Below are positions 28,495 through 36,804 of a DNA stretch of 64,000 nt, in pieces. Each line of letters starts with the position of its first letter. Position 1 is the first letter of the stretch. The stretch lies in contig JBDTBU010000195.1 of assembly GCA_039923935.1 (NCBI GenBank), positions 1,843 to 65,842 on the forward strand, read 5' to 3'. Origin of the DNA: Ktedonobacteraceae bacterium. GTDB taxonomy: Bacteria; Chloroflexota; Ktedonobacteria; Ktedonobacterales; Ktedonobacteraceae. Below the pieces are notes generated by a model. The model saw only the letters and a list, made by a program, of their open reading frames with translations, was not told the origin of the DNA and did no database searches. A program made the position numbers and the translations under genes.

Positions 28495-29376
28495 TTAAAA
28501 CAATCTCCCCTGCTCAATTTCTCCATCCCGCTGCCCTGTGCTGGTTTCTCCGCTCCAGGGCAGATCAGGTAGATCGCTCAAGCGTTGAACACGGTGATAG
28601 AGTTCGCGGCAGATGTCAGGTGAATAATCTTCAGTGGGGCAATGGCAAAAGACATAGAGGGTGAGGCCGCGAGTCAGCCACTGGGCAAGTTTGATCGCCC
28701 AAGCGTCCAGAAATGGCGCGTTGATCTCACTGTTCATATGGCCGACGTAGCGTAAAAAAACGAAATCGGTGGTGATGGCTGGGTGTATTGGCAGGTTAGG
28801 TTTGCGTTCACGCGCTTGCAGCATGGCCTGATCCTCAGCAGGACCAACGCGGATGGGGCGCGTGTCCATGATGACGCGTGCAGCCCCGTGCTGATTGAGC
28901 AGTGTATTGAGAGCCAGACCTTGCTCTTTCTCGAAGAAAGCGGGATGGCGCACCTCAATAGCTAGGCGCGTGTCATCGGGCCAGAAGCTAAGCCAGGTGG
29001 CGAGCTGCTGGAGCCGATTTGGCCCAAAGTTGGGTGGCAATTGGAGGAAGATTGGTCCCAGACGCTCGCCCAGACCACGCATACGTGCGACAAAGGCCAG
29101 GGTGGGTTCGCGTGTGGCCTCTAACGCTGGCGAACGGCTGATATCACGCGGAATCTTGGGGCAGAAGCGAAACTCCGGCGGTGTCTCGGCCCGCCAACGT
29201 GCAATAGTCTCCGCGCCAGGCACTGCATAAAATGTCGTATTTCCCTCAACTGTCGTTAATTTCTGACTATAGATGCGTAGAAAATCGCCCGGCGGTGTGC
29301 GCGGCGGGAAGAGCGAACCAACCCATTCTTTGTGGCTCCAAATTGGGCAGCCGATGTAAAATCTCCTCGTTTCCAT
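28495..29376 (-). CDS. DUF72 (UPF0759) family protein
   Basis: METRRFYIGCPIWSHKEWVGSLFP...LRIYSQKLTTVEGNTTFYAVP matches the DUF72 N-terminal signature. The 44-aa N-terminal extension of the long ORF was not used. Confidence 0.8.
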   Translation of the reverse strand: METRRFYIGCPIWSHKEWVGSLFPPRTPPGDFLRIYSQKLTTVEGNTTFYAVPGAETIARWRAETPPEFRFCPKIPRDISRSPALEATREPTLAFVARMRGLGERLGPIFLQLPPNFGPNRLQQLATWLSFWPDDTRLAIEVRHPAFFEKEQGLALNTLLNQHGAARVIMDTRPIRVGPAEDQAMLQARERKPNLPIHPAITTDFVFLRYVGHMNSEINAPFLDAWAIKLAQWLTRGLTLYVFCHCPTEDYSPDICRELYHRVQRLSDLPDLPWSGETSTGQRDGEIEQGRLF

Positions 29377-29510
29377 GCACGTATTGTATACACCCACCAG
29401 CTTTTTACGCAAGCAGACTCGTGCTTGCCTGCAACACCAATTCCTCATCGATAAATGGGAACCTTTTCCCACTCTCTGACCGTATATGAGTACAGAAGAA
29501 AGGATCATCT

Positions 29511-30062
29511 GTGCTACATTGCGAAGATGCGCTCATCGAGCAAGCCAGGCAAGGGGACCAGGAAGCGTTTCGCCAGTTGTGGGACGAGCACCACGGTGTG
29601 GCGATGGCTGGAGCTTTGCGTCTCTGCCATCAAACGAGCTTGGCTGAGGATATCACTCAGGGGGCGTTCCTGTTGGCTTGGCGTGGCTTGCCGCGTTTCC
29701 AGGCGGGGCTACCCTTTCGCCCGTGGCTGATGCGGATCGTGTATCGCCACGCCCTGGATGTGATGGAGCGGCAGCGCGTCTATCTGCAACCACTTGTGCC
29801 TGTTGCACTGGAAACCCTAGCGCGTGGACCCAACCAGTATGAACGCGATCCGCAAGAAATGATCCCTCAGCGTGAGGAGTTGCGCGTGGCTCTGGCGCGG
29901 CTGAACGCCGATCAACGACGGGTCATCGCGCTACGCTATGGGGCCGATCTGACCGAGAGCGAGATCGCGCAGGTGCTCGGCTGGCCTGTGGGTACCGTGA
30001 AGTCGCGTCTCAATCGTGCGCGGGAGCGGTTACGCATGTGTTTGCTGGAAGAAAGGGAGTAG
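29511..30062 (+). CDS. ECF-type RNA polymerase sigma-70 factor
   Basis: GTG start. Region 2 (AFRQLWDEHHGVAMAGALRL..., PFRPWLMRIVYRHALD) and region 4 HTH (RRVIALRYGADLTESEIAQVLGWPVGTVKSRLNRARERL). Confidence 0.88.
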   Translation: MLHCEDALIEQARQGDQEAFRQLWDEHHGVAMAGALRLCHQTSLAEDITQGAFLLAWRGLPRFQAGLPFRPWLMRIVYRHALDVMERQRVYLQPLVPVALETLARGPNQYERDPQEMIPQREELRVALARLNADQRRVIALRYGADLTESEIAQVLGWPVGTVKSRLNRARERLRMCLLEERE

Positions 30063-30887
30063 GTGACGGTTATGTCTCAAAAAAATGCTCATGTCAAGAC
30101 TGAAGAACGGTGCTACCGCGACATGGAGGAGCGTCTGACAGCCTATTATGGACCAGCGTTGCCACCACATGCACTATCAGAAGCGGCGTGGCTCCAGGTG
30201 CGTGCTCAACTGGATGTGACGCGGCGTGTGTCGAGTCATGAACGTCGCGTGCGTTGGCCCGGCTTTGCACGTCTAAGAAGCAAGCAAACGATCCCGCCTA
30301 ATCTCCGGAGAGTGTTTGTCGAACTGTTGGCACAGATAAACTATCGCCGTCCTCAGCCTGTTTTGCGCTGCTCTTTCAACGCGCGTCTCAGCCAACCCCA
30401 TGTGCAAACTTCGCCGCTTGGGCGTGGACACATCCGGCTAGCATTGCCAGAGCGGCTGACGTTGCAGCAGATTGAGGTAGAAGTGCTGTTGGCTGCGGGA
30501 CTGGCTCGCTGCTCTGGTGCGTCTCGAACACTGTTCGTGCTGCCGCGTACGCTCCTGGCCTGTGGCCTCCTGCTCGTCATGGCTGTGCTACCCCTGGCGA
30601 ACGTCGAACGTAAGGCGCTCTGGCTGTTACTGGCCGCGTTGGCCTGTTGCCTGGCTGGAGGTTGCCTGCTCACTTGGCAGAAACGTGCTGTGGCCTTGCG
30701 TGCAGATTACCAGGCGGTGCAGTGGTTAGGGCGAGAGCGCGTCTGCCAGGGTCTCCACTTGCTCGCTAAGCATGGACACGTACAATACCAACCGGCGTGG
30801 GGCGAACCCTCACTAGCCGAGCGTATCGAGCGCATCTGCGGCACACAGACCTCAATCAAAGATAATCATCTGACGTTGGTACATTAA
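30063..30887 (+). CDS. Membrane protein, putative cognate anti-sigma factor (assigned by position only)
   Basis: Starts at the nucleotide after the sigma-factor stop. Two central TM helices (LLACGLLLVMAVLPL, LWLLLAALACCLAGGCLL). No zf-HC2 motif seen. Confidence 0.3.
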   Translation: MTVMSQKNAHVKTEERCYRDMEERLTAYYGPALPPHALSEAAWLQVRAQLDVTRRVSSHERRVRWPGFARLRSKQTIPPNLRRVFVELLAQINYRRPQPVLRCSFNARLSQPHVQTSPLGRGHIRLALPERLTLQQIEVEVLLAAGLARCSGASRTLFVLPRTLLACGLLLVMAVLPLANVERKALWLLLAALACCLAGGCLLTWQKRAVALRADYQAVQWLGRERVCQGLHLLAKHGHVQYQPAWGEPSLAERIERICGTQTSIKDNHLTLVH

Positions 30888-31024
30888 AAATGCCACTTTG
30901 CGATAAAAATGGAACTTGCTTGCTCCGTACTTTATATAGAGAGACGGAGCTAGCTTCCGTCCTAGGAATAATGTCGTTTCCATCTCATGTTTCATCTACA
31001 TGTCTCAAAGGAGTGAGCATTCCT

Positions 31025-31420
31025 ATGGCAACCAGAATGACACCAGAGATTGAACTACCTGATACTCTCGATCAGCCGCAGACACAAACAAAGCCGCAGC
31101 GCTCGGATGATTGGTTTACACGCACCAGACATCGTGTTAAGCTCGCTATGTCGGGTGATGACGAAGAATTGTTAGTGGTCAACAACACACTGATCTCCTG
31201 GTACGTCTACCACAATTTTCATAAGCTAGGGATTATTGATCCAGGCGAGGCACTCATTTTCTATGTGCAGACACGTGGCAAATTGAGTGTGCGCCCCAGC
31301 TTGGAGAGCGATGCAGTTGAATACTTGGTACTCGACCTCAACACGCATATCGCCAGCGCCGAAATCTATCTCCGACATATCGGCCAGGAGCTAGAGACGT
31401 ACGAAATGCGTGCTGCGTGA
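31025..31420 (+). CDS. Hypothetical protein
   Basis: ATG 31025 preceded by AAAGGAG; 131 aa; no family recognised. Confidence 0.4.
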   Translation: MATRMTPEIELPDTLDQPQTQTKPQRSDDWFTRTRHRVKLAMSGDDEELLVVNNTLISWYVYHNFHKLGIIDPGEALIFYVQTRGKLSVRPSLESDAVEYLVLDLNTHIASAEIYLRHIGQELETYEMRAA

Positions 31421-31517
31421 GCTATTCTGCCTGATTTCCGATCAAAAATGCTCTACTATAGTTCCGTCCTAAAACCTTTTTTGTGTGCGTTTTAGTCTTG
31501 CAAAAGGATGACCGTGT

Positions 31518-32579
31518 ATGTCTCCACGCTTGACCGACTGGAGCTTGGCACTGGCTGCCCTGTGCGCTGGTGTGACTGGTTTGCTCAGCCTAATAAGTGG
31601 GCACCTGGAAGAGTGGTTCGTCTTTACGCTGCATGGTATTGCGGGTTTCTGGCTATTGTTGCTCATGTGGGGCAAGCTGCGGCGTGTCTGGCCGCGCCTG
31701 ATTTCGCTTCAACGCTGGGATCGCCACACCATCTTTGGGGTACTGGCGTTGCTGTTTGTCATTGGCGTGACTGGATCAGGCATTTGGTGGGCTGGTGGTG
31801 GCCAATGGTTCTTTGCTGGGTTTAATCTGTTGAACTGGCATATTATCTTGGGTTTCGTGCTTACAGCGGCTATTGTCACGCACATGGTCGCACGCGCCAA
31901 ACGATTGCGTACACGCGATCTTGTAGGCAGGCGACGAGTACTGCATTTTAGCGGCTTGCTCGTTGGCAGTGTCCTACTCTGGCCAGGACAGCAGTTTGCC
32001 GAACGGGTTCTGCAACTGCCCGGAGCGCGTCGGCGCTTCACTGGCTCATACGAAAGTGGCAGTTACGCAGGCAACGCATTTCCCTTTTCAAGCTGGGTCG
32101 CGGATCAGCCACGCCCGCTTGATACACAGACTTGGCAACTTTCACTTGGCGGCGCTGTCACCACACCGCGCACCTTCTCTTACGACGAACTCGTATCTGC
32201 AGGAGATGAATTAGAGGCAACGCTCGATTGTACAGGCGGCTTTTACAGCACTCAACGCTGGCGGGGTATGCGCATCGGACGCTTGCTCGACGCCGTGACG
32301 CTCCACGAAGATGCGCGTTATGTGAGCTTTATCTCGGTGACAAGCTACCGTTGGAGTCTGCCGCTGGAAGAGGCGCGGACAGCGTTGTTAGCGACCCACA
32401 CAGGCTCGGAGCCGCTCGCATATGAGCACGGTTTTCCTCTGCGCTTAATCGCCCCAGGTCGGCGCGGCTTTGAGTGGGTCAAATGGATTACCCATATCGA
32501 AGTACGAACCACGCCCGATCCCGGTCAGGTGCTCAGCATTTTTAGCAGTAGTTTTACCGATGCCGGGCGTGGCATATGA
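31518..32579 (+). CDS. Membrane-anchored molybdopterin-dependent oxidoreductase (sulfite-oxidase/MsrP-like fold) with N-terminal 4-TM His-containing domain
   Basis: C-terminal blocks LDCTGGFYSTQRWRGMRIGRLL and HGFPLRLIAPGRRGFEWVKWITHIEV are typical of the Oxidored_molyb domain. The N-terminal 130 aa are four hydrophobic helices with conserved His. Confidence 0.75.
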   Translation: MSPRLTDWSLALAALCAGVTGLLSLISGHLEEWFVFTLHGIAGFWLLLLMWGKLRRVWPRLISLQRWDRHTIFGVLALLFVIGVTGSGIWWAGGGQWFFAGFNLLNWHIILGFVLTAAIVTHMVARAKRLRTRDLVGRRRVLHFSGLLVGSVLLWPGQQFAERVLQLPGARRRFTGSYESGSYAGNAFPFSSWVADQPRPLDTQTWQLSLGGAVTTPRTFSYDELVSAGDELEATLDCTGGFYSTQRWRGMRIGRLLDAVTLHEDARYVSFISVTSYRWSLPLEEARTALLATHTGSEPLAYEHGFPLRLIAPGRRGFEWVKWITHIEVRTTPDPGQVLSIFSSSFTDAGRGI

Positions 32580-32606
32580 GTTTTTTACTCTTCTGTCCAC
32601 GTAAGT
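32480..32606. repeat. Direct repeat copy 1 (127 bp), covering the functional 3' end of the Mo-oxidoreductase gene
   Basis: 120/127 identical to 34628-34754. All 7 differences are transitions. Weaker similarity continues about 10-15 nt on both sides. Confidence 0.95.
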
Positions 32607-32629
32607 CGGCAAACTGCCTTTCCCCCACT

Positions 32630-32668
32630 AAAAAGACCACGGCCCGACTCAGTAGAGCCAGGGCCGTG
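32630..32668 (-). terminator. Rho-independent terminator-like hairpin after the XRE-TPR gene
   Basis: Minus strand reads CACGGCCC-15 nt-GGGCCGTG followed by GTCTTTTTA. Confidence 0.55.
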
Positions 32669-32678
32669 ATACGAGTGG

Positions 32679-33890
32679 CTAGAACAGTTCGGGCCTCTGA
32701 GCTTTCAGCAGTGAAACTCCGAAATGTGCGGTATCGGCTTCTGTGCGGTACGGGGAGTTACGCAGTGTGTGATAAACGCTTTCCAAGTGTGCTGAAAGTG
32801 TATCCATGTTGAACCGTGATGTCACTTCTAGCGCAGCATTCGCGTAGGCCGTGGACATAGGGAAGTTCCCTACTCCCAAGTACGCTTTAGCAAACAGGAT
32901 GTTCCTGTGAACGCTGCGACGCGGGGAAGTGGTCGGTAGTGTTCGCTCCAACTCTTCAAGCTCAGACAGAGCGAGAGCAGGTGAGCCAAGAGGTGCATAA
33001 AGATATGCACTTGCCCGGTTCAATCGCCAGCGTTCCAGGTCCAGGCGGGCCGCAACATTGGGATCAACTGGCACCTGCCCGATCTGGTTCCCAGCAGAGT
33101 CGATAATGTTCAGCGCAGTCGTGAACTCTCCCGTATCTCTCGCTGTATAGGCATAGACCAAGCCTTTCCTCACGTTCACTAGTCCCTGGTAAAATGGGCT
33201 AACACCCTTTACCGCATCTGTAGCTTTAAAATCGGCGAGAGACTGTGTGAGGACAGACTGATTGCCAGAGAGTTCAAACTGGCTTACGCCCGTCTGCGCC
33301 CTTTGTCGAAGCGCGTGTACATACAAATTATACTGCTTTTCCTGATGCGACAGAGTGACAGTTTTTCCAAGGAGTGTACTGGCTGCGGCGGGATTTTGCT
33401 CGGAAACAACATCTGCGGCCAAAACCTGATATTCACACAGCAGATTAATCACCTGTGTGCGATTTCCTGTAGAGTAGAGGGCTGCATTCTCCAACGCAGC
33501 CACGCGCCTTCTAATGTCTTTCGCTACTCTATAGGTCGTTCCGGCTTGCCATGTCCCAGTATATGTCTGAAGTGTTTGCTCGTACTCAGCCACATCGACG
33601 TGTGGACTTGAGAAGAGTTGTGCGGTGGATTGTGATGTAAGCACGCCAAGTCCAGCGAGCGCGAGCGGCATATCAACAATCCTCGCTAAAATGGCTCTAC
33701 GCCCTTTGTCTACTAACATTTCTCCAGCCTCCAAGTGATAGATGAATGACGGATCAATAGGGGTGTCTTCCCTCCCTATTTCCTCGCTGTACACCAGTGC
33801 AAGCTGTCGGGCAGCCCAACCTAAAGCCTTTCGATGACTACGTAGTTCCCGTCCAAACGTGATCGCGTCGAAATCGGTGTCTGCCTTCAT
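32679..33890 (-). CDS. XRE-family HTH regulator with C-terminal TPR-like helical-repeat domain
   Basis: N-terminal ITFGRELRSHRKALGWAARQLALVYSE (HTH_XRE-like), then about 300 aa of helical repeats (..YAYTARDTGEFTTALNIIDSA.., ..LFAKAYLGVGNFPMSTAYANAALEV..). Confidence 0.65.
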   Translation of the reverse strand: MKADTDFDAITFGRELRSHRKALGWAARQLALVYSEEIGREDTPIDPSFIYHLEAGEMLVDKGRRAILARIVDMPLALAGLGVLTSQSTAQLFSSPHVDVAEYEQTLQTYTGTWQAGTTYRVAKDIRRRVAALENAALYSTGNRTQVINLLCEYQVLAADVVSEQNPAAASTLLGKTVTLSHQEKQYNLYVHALRQRAQTGVSQFELSGNQSVLTQSLADFKATDAVKGVSPFYQGLVNVRKGLVYAYTARDTGEFTTALNIIDSAGNQIGQVPVDPNVAARLDLERWRLNRASAYLYAPLGSPALALSELEELERTLPTTSPRRSVHRNILFAKAYLGVGNFPMSTAYANAALEVTSRFNMDTLSAHLESVYHTLRNSPYRTEADTAHFGVSLLKAQRPELF

Positions 33891-34093
33891 ATCGCACCAT
33901 CCTTCACCGTAATAGTAAACCAAGTGAACGTCTAAAAATATGAGTGACTATCACATTTTACTCATAGGAGTGAACGAGGATGTTTGCGTCACTTCACTCA
34001 CATAACCGCGCCTGCTCCCATGTTATCATGATTTTTGGTAGATGTACACATTAACGGTAGTGTTACATAAGAGAACACTGTTGGAGGAAACGT

Positions 34094-34312
34094 ATGAGCA
34101 ATACAAGTGAGGTAGCCCTACTGAGGGCGTGGATCGACCTCGAAGTAGAGGCGCTCCAGCGTATCAAAAGTGGCTTCGCTCGCGTAGCGGACCACGAGAC
34201 GATCATGAACCATTACAGGACAATTGATGTGTGCTATCAAGGATTAGCACAACAGGTAGGCGAAGAAAAGGCCAACGATGACGTTTGCGACAGATTGGAC
34301 ATCATACAATGA
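34094..34312 (+). CDS. Small hypothetical protein (72 aa)
   Basis: GGAGGAAACGT-ATG start. The stop overlaps the next ATG (ATGA). Confidence 0.4.
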   Translation: MSNTSEVALLRAWIDLEVEALQRIKSGFARVADHETIMNHYRTIDVCYQGLAQQVGEEKANDDVCDRLDIIQ

Positions 34313-34554
34313 AAGACATTCTTGAACTGGTGGAGCAAAAGGCTGAACCTCTGAACTCTTGGGATGCTTACGCTATTCTGCTGCGGTATCTGAACGAAGC
34401 CTATCACCGGGTTCTCTTGCGGGGCTTGTCGAACAGCGATATTGATGCTGCACTTACTGTAGAGTTAGAGCACGTGGCAGTCATGGTTGCCAGTATTTTT
34501 CCGGTAGAAGGATTAGAGGAGCTAGAGTCCTACTTGCTCACTGCGTCTACCTAA
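34309..34554 (+). CDS. Small hypothetical protein (81 aa), translationally coupled to the previous ORF
   Basis: ATG 34309 overlaps stop 34310-34312 of the preceding ORF (caATGAaa). Confidence 0.4.
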   Translation: MKDILELVEQKAEPLNSWDAYAILLRYLNEAYHRVLLRGLSNSDIDAALTVELEHVAVMVASIFPVEGLEELESYLLTAST

Positions 34555-34627
34555 TTTCGATACGAGTACCACCTGCTCTTGTCCCTGCTTGACGGGCGGT
34601 GCTCTCTTTTCCCTCTGAAAGTGAACC

Positions 34628-34754
34628 CAAATGGATTACTCATATCGAAGTACGAACCACGCCCGATCCCGGTCAGATGCTCAGCATTTTTAGCAGTAGT
34701 TTTACTGATGCCGGACGTGGTATATGAGTTTTTTACTCTTCTGTCCATGTGAGT
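34628..34754. repeat. Direct repeat copy 2 (127 bp), carrying a dead copy of the Mo-oxidoreductase C-terminus and the live 3' end of gene 34733-35917
   Basis: The + strand translates to KWITHIEVRTTPDPGQMLSIFSSSFTDAGRGI*, a remnant of the last 32 codons of gene 31518-32579. Confidence 0.95.
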
Positions 34755-35917
34755 TTGTCGGCCTGCAAGCGCTTGAGAAGGGCGGGACGGCGTAGGTGAG
34801 GTTGAACCCAGGTGCGCAAACGTTCTTGAAACTGCTGGGTTTCTTTAAAGTAATCGGCAGCGTCACGCAACTCAACCAAGACTTTCACGGCTTCTTCGTA
34901 GCCTGTGCCTGTACCGCGTGCCGCTGCGATCTCGGCTTGACGCCAATGCGTATCTTTGTGCTTGTGGATATCTTGTAGATGACTCTGCCGAGCTAGCCGC
35001 TCCTGTACACGCTGCTCGTACTCCTGTTTGACGTGTATGGCCTCGCTTTCGGCGTATAGCGTGGTATAGCTGACACGCTCGCCTAACGCTGGGGCTGCTT
35101 TCGTCTTGCCCTGACCCAACGCACGCAACTCTTGTACCAGCAGACGGCTCAGACCCGGCTCATTGCGAGCTAAGCGCAGCAAGTAATCGTTGCTGCGTTC
35201 TTGTGGCAATAGCTCAACCCAGGCCGCGAAATTATCGCTAGGTAAAGGCTTGCCTGTCTGGCTGTGGCGACCTGCCGCAGTGAGCAGTGCTTCTGGCACG
35301 AGCAATAACTCTGCTAGTTCCTGCTGTGCCTCTGTTAACGTGCTAAAAGCGTAAGGGACTGGTGGTACCCCTCTTAGCTCATTATCCTCACCGTCGTCTT
35401 CGCCATCCTCTTCTTCTTCATCATCCTCGTCGTCTTCTTCTTCGCTCCCATCCCATAGCATAGACTGACTGGACAGCCAGCCTATATACAGCGAACGCAG
35501 ATCCCCTGCCAGCAATTCATCGCGAATGGCAATGAACGAGCCAAGTTCACAATCCAGTATCTCGTCAGGCGGTTCCATCTCGCTTATCTGAAAATGGAGA
35601 ATATCATAATCTGCATGTTTGGTAAACGTGACAACGTCCTCGAAATCGTAGCCCTCGATGAGATCGGCTGGTAAGGCTCCATGCGGGAAGCGCAGTGCCA
35701 GTTGTGGCGAACCCCAATTGGCCCAATACAGGAAGCCATCGAAGTATTTATGCAGCACTTTGAGAGGATCGTGCTTAAAGTCACCCCAATGATATTCAAT
35801 CAGGGCGTGGGTAGACGATGCATGAATGTGACTGGAAAGGTCGTTGACCGCATCCAGTTGCGCCCGCGTCAGGGGCCGATCACAGGTCATAAATTCGTAA
35901 CGTTGATATTCGCTCAT
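34733..35917 (-). CDS. Conserved hypothetical protein with central poly-acidic tract
   Basis: 394 aa. N-terminal MSEYQRYEFMTCDRPLT... and an acidic run SEEEDDEDDEEEEDGEDDGEDNE. No catalytic motif recognised. Confidence 0.5.
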   Translation of the reverse strand: MSEYQRYEFMTCDRPLTRAQLDAVNDLSSHIHASSTHALIEYHWGDFKHDPLKVLHKYFDGFLYWANWGSPQLALRFPHGALPADLIEGYDFEDVVTFTKHADYDILHFQISEMEPPDEILDCELGSFIAIRDELLAGDLRSLYIGWLSSQSMLWDGSEEEDDEDDEEEEDGEDDGEDNELRGVPPVPYAFSTLTEAQQELAELLLVPEALLTAAGRHSQTGKPLPSDNFAAWVELLPQERSNDYLLRLARNEPGLSRLLVQELRALGQGKTKAAPALGERVSYTTLYAESEAIHVKQEYEQRVQERLARQSHLQDIHKHKDTHWRQAEIAAARGTGTGYEEAVKVLVELRDAADYFKETQQFQERLRTWVQPHLRRPALLKRLQADKLTWTEE

Positions 35918-36035
35918 GACTATGCTCCTCTATATGGCATCAATGATAGCATATCATAGCACATGAGCAAAAGGTGCGTGCATCTACTCTCCTTGACATC
36001 CTCCCCATGCCTAAAAGGGCAAGGGATTCCCACCC

Positions 36036-36149
36036 TCACGAATGGGTTTTCCTGTTTCGCTGAGGCTTGCCAGTTTGAGCTTTCGCCCTCCCTGGTCTGA
36101 CAGCCTCTCCACAGGCTTCAAATACCGCCAGCCCGGCGGCATGCACATT
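36036..36149 (-). CDS. tnpB: tnpB exon 2 (C-terminal 37 codons plus stop)
   Basis: Encodes NVHAAGLAVFEACGEAVRPGRAKAQTGKPQRNRKTHS*, the family-typical tail that normally follows ...DINAAKN. It is in frame with exon 1 once 36150-36804 is removed. Confidence 0.8.
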   Translation of the reverse strand, partial: NVHAAGLAVFEACGEAVRPGRAKAQTGKPQRNRKTHS

Positions 36150-36804
36150 GTAGAGTAGACGGCCAGCGAGGTTCTGTCTCCAGACCTTTTCTGTCCGTCC
36201 CTCCCCGAACCAGGGCTTGCTGCTTTCACAGCACCCGGCTCTCCAGTTCCAGCATCTGAACAAGTGAATACTGACTCGGACTTATGCATCTCGCGGCCTC
36301 ATCATTCTTTTGTGTTTGATGCCTTTCCCTGTTTCCCTTCCCCGTGTCTCAGGCGTTACCCTGAGCATTTGAGTACTCTGAAAACTCCGTCGTCATAGGC
36401 TCGCACCCTTAGACGATCCCGCATTTGCGCGTCTCAAACGTTCAGTGCGTTTAGGTGCCCATACACGTCCCCTTGAACCAGCTCATTGCTGGTCGTTCAT
36501 CGGAGAGAGCGTCACACACCCGCTAAGAAAAGGCATGTGTTCCGATGTCACCGCCACAGGTATGTTGCGGTGGGCCAACGCTTAGACCACTGGGGACTTG
36601 GGTTCAACCAATGCTGGCTTCACCTGTATCTGCGCACAGGACTTGCGGTGCATCACCATACATACCTTCTGGTTTAACCGCTTTCCCAACATGCTGCTTT
36701 CCTCTTTGAGTTTCCTCGCCAAGTAGGTTGGGCGTCCTTGAGGTCACTTGCTCTCGACCTCATCTCCCTACGGGAGAAATTTGATACGCGCCGAAACGGC
36801 GCAC
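36150..36804 (-). mobile_element. ORF-less group II intron (self-splicing ribozyme), 655 nt
   Basis: 5' GUGCGCC at 36804 downward. Domain V is GAGCCGGGUGCUGUGAAAGCAGCAAGCCCUGGUUC (36241-36207) with AGC triad, 2-nt bulge and GAAA loop. Domain VI is GAGGGACGG/CCGUCU-A-CUC with a bulged A at 36156, 7 nt from the 3' end ...CUCUAC (36150). No RT-like ORF inside. Confidence 0.85.

Noticed and set aside
34551-34748. 65-aa minus-strand ORF
   Set aside because: It lies across direct-repeat copy 2. The plus strand there is a recognisable dead copy of the Mo-oxidoreductase C-terminus, so the ORF is fortuitous.
36011-36677. Short ORFs inside or next to the intron (36011-36289 minus, 36486-36677 plus) as a possible intron-encoded protein
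   Set aside because: No reverse-transcriptase, maturase or endonuclease motifs are present. The lengths (63-92 aa) are far below an IEP. The minus-strand frame at 36036-36263 is explained as tnpB exon 2 read through from intron sequence.
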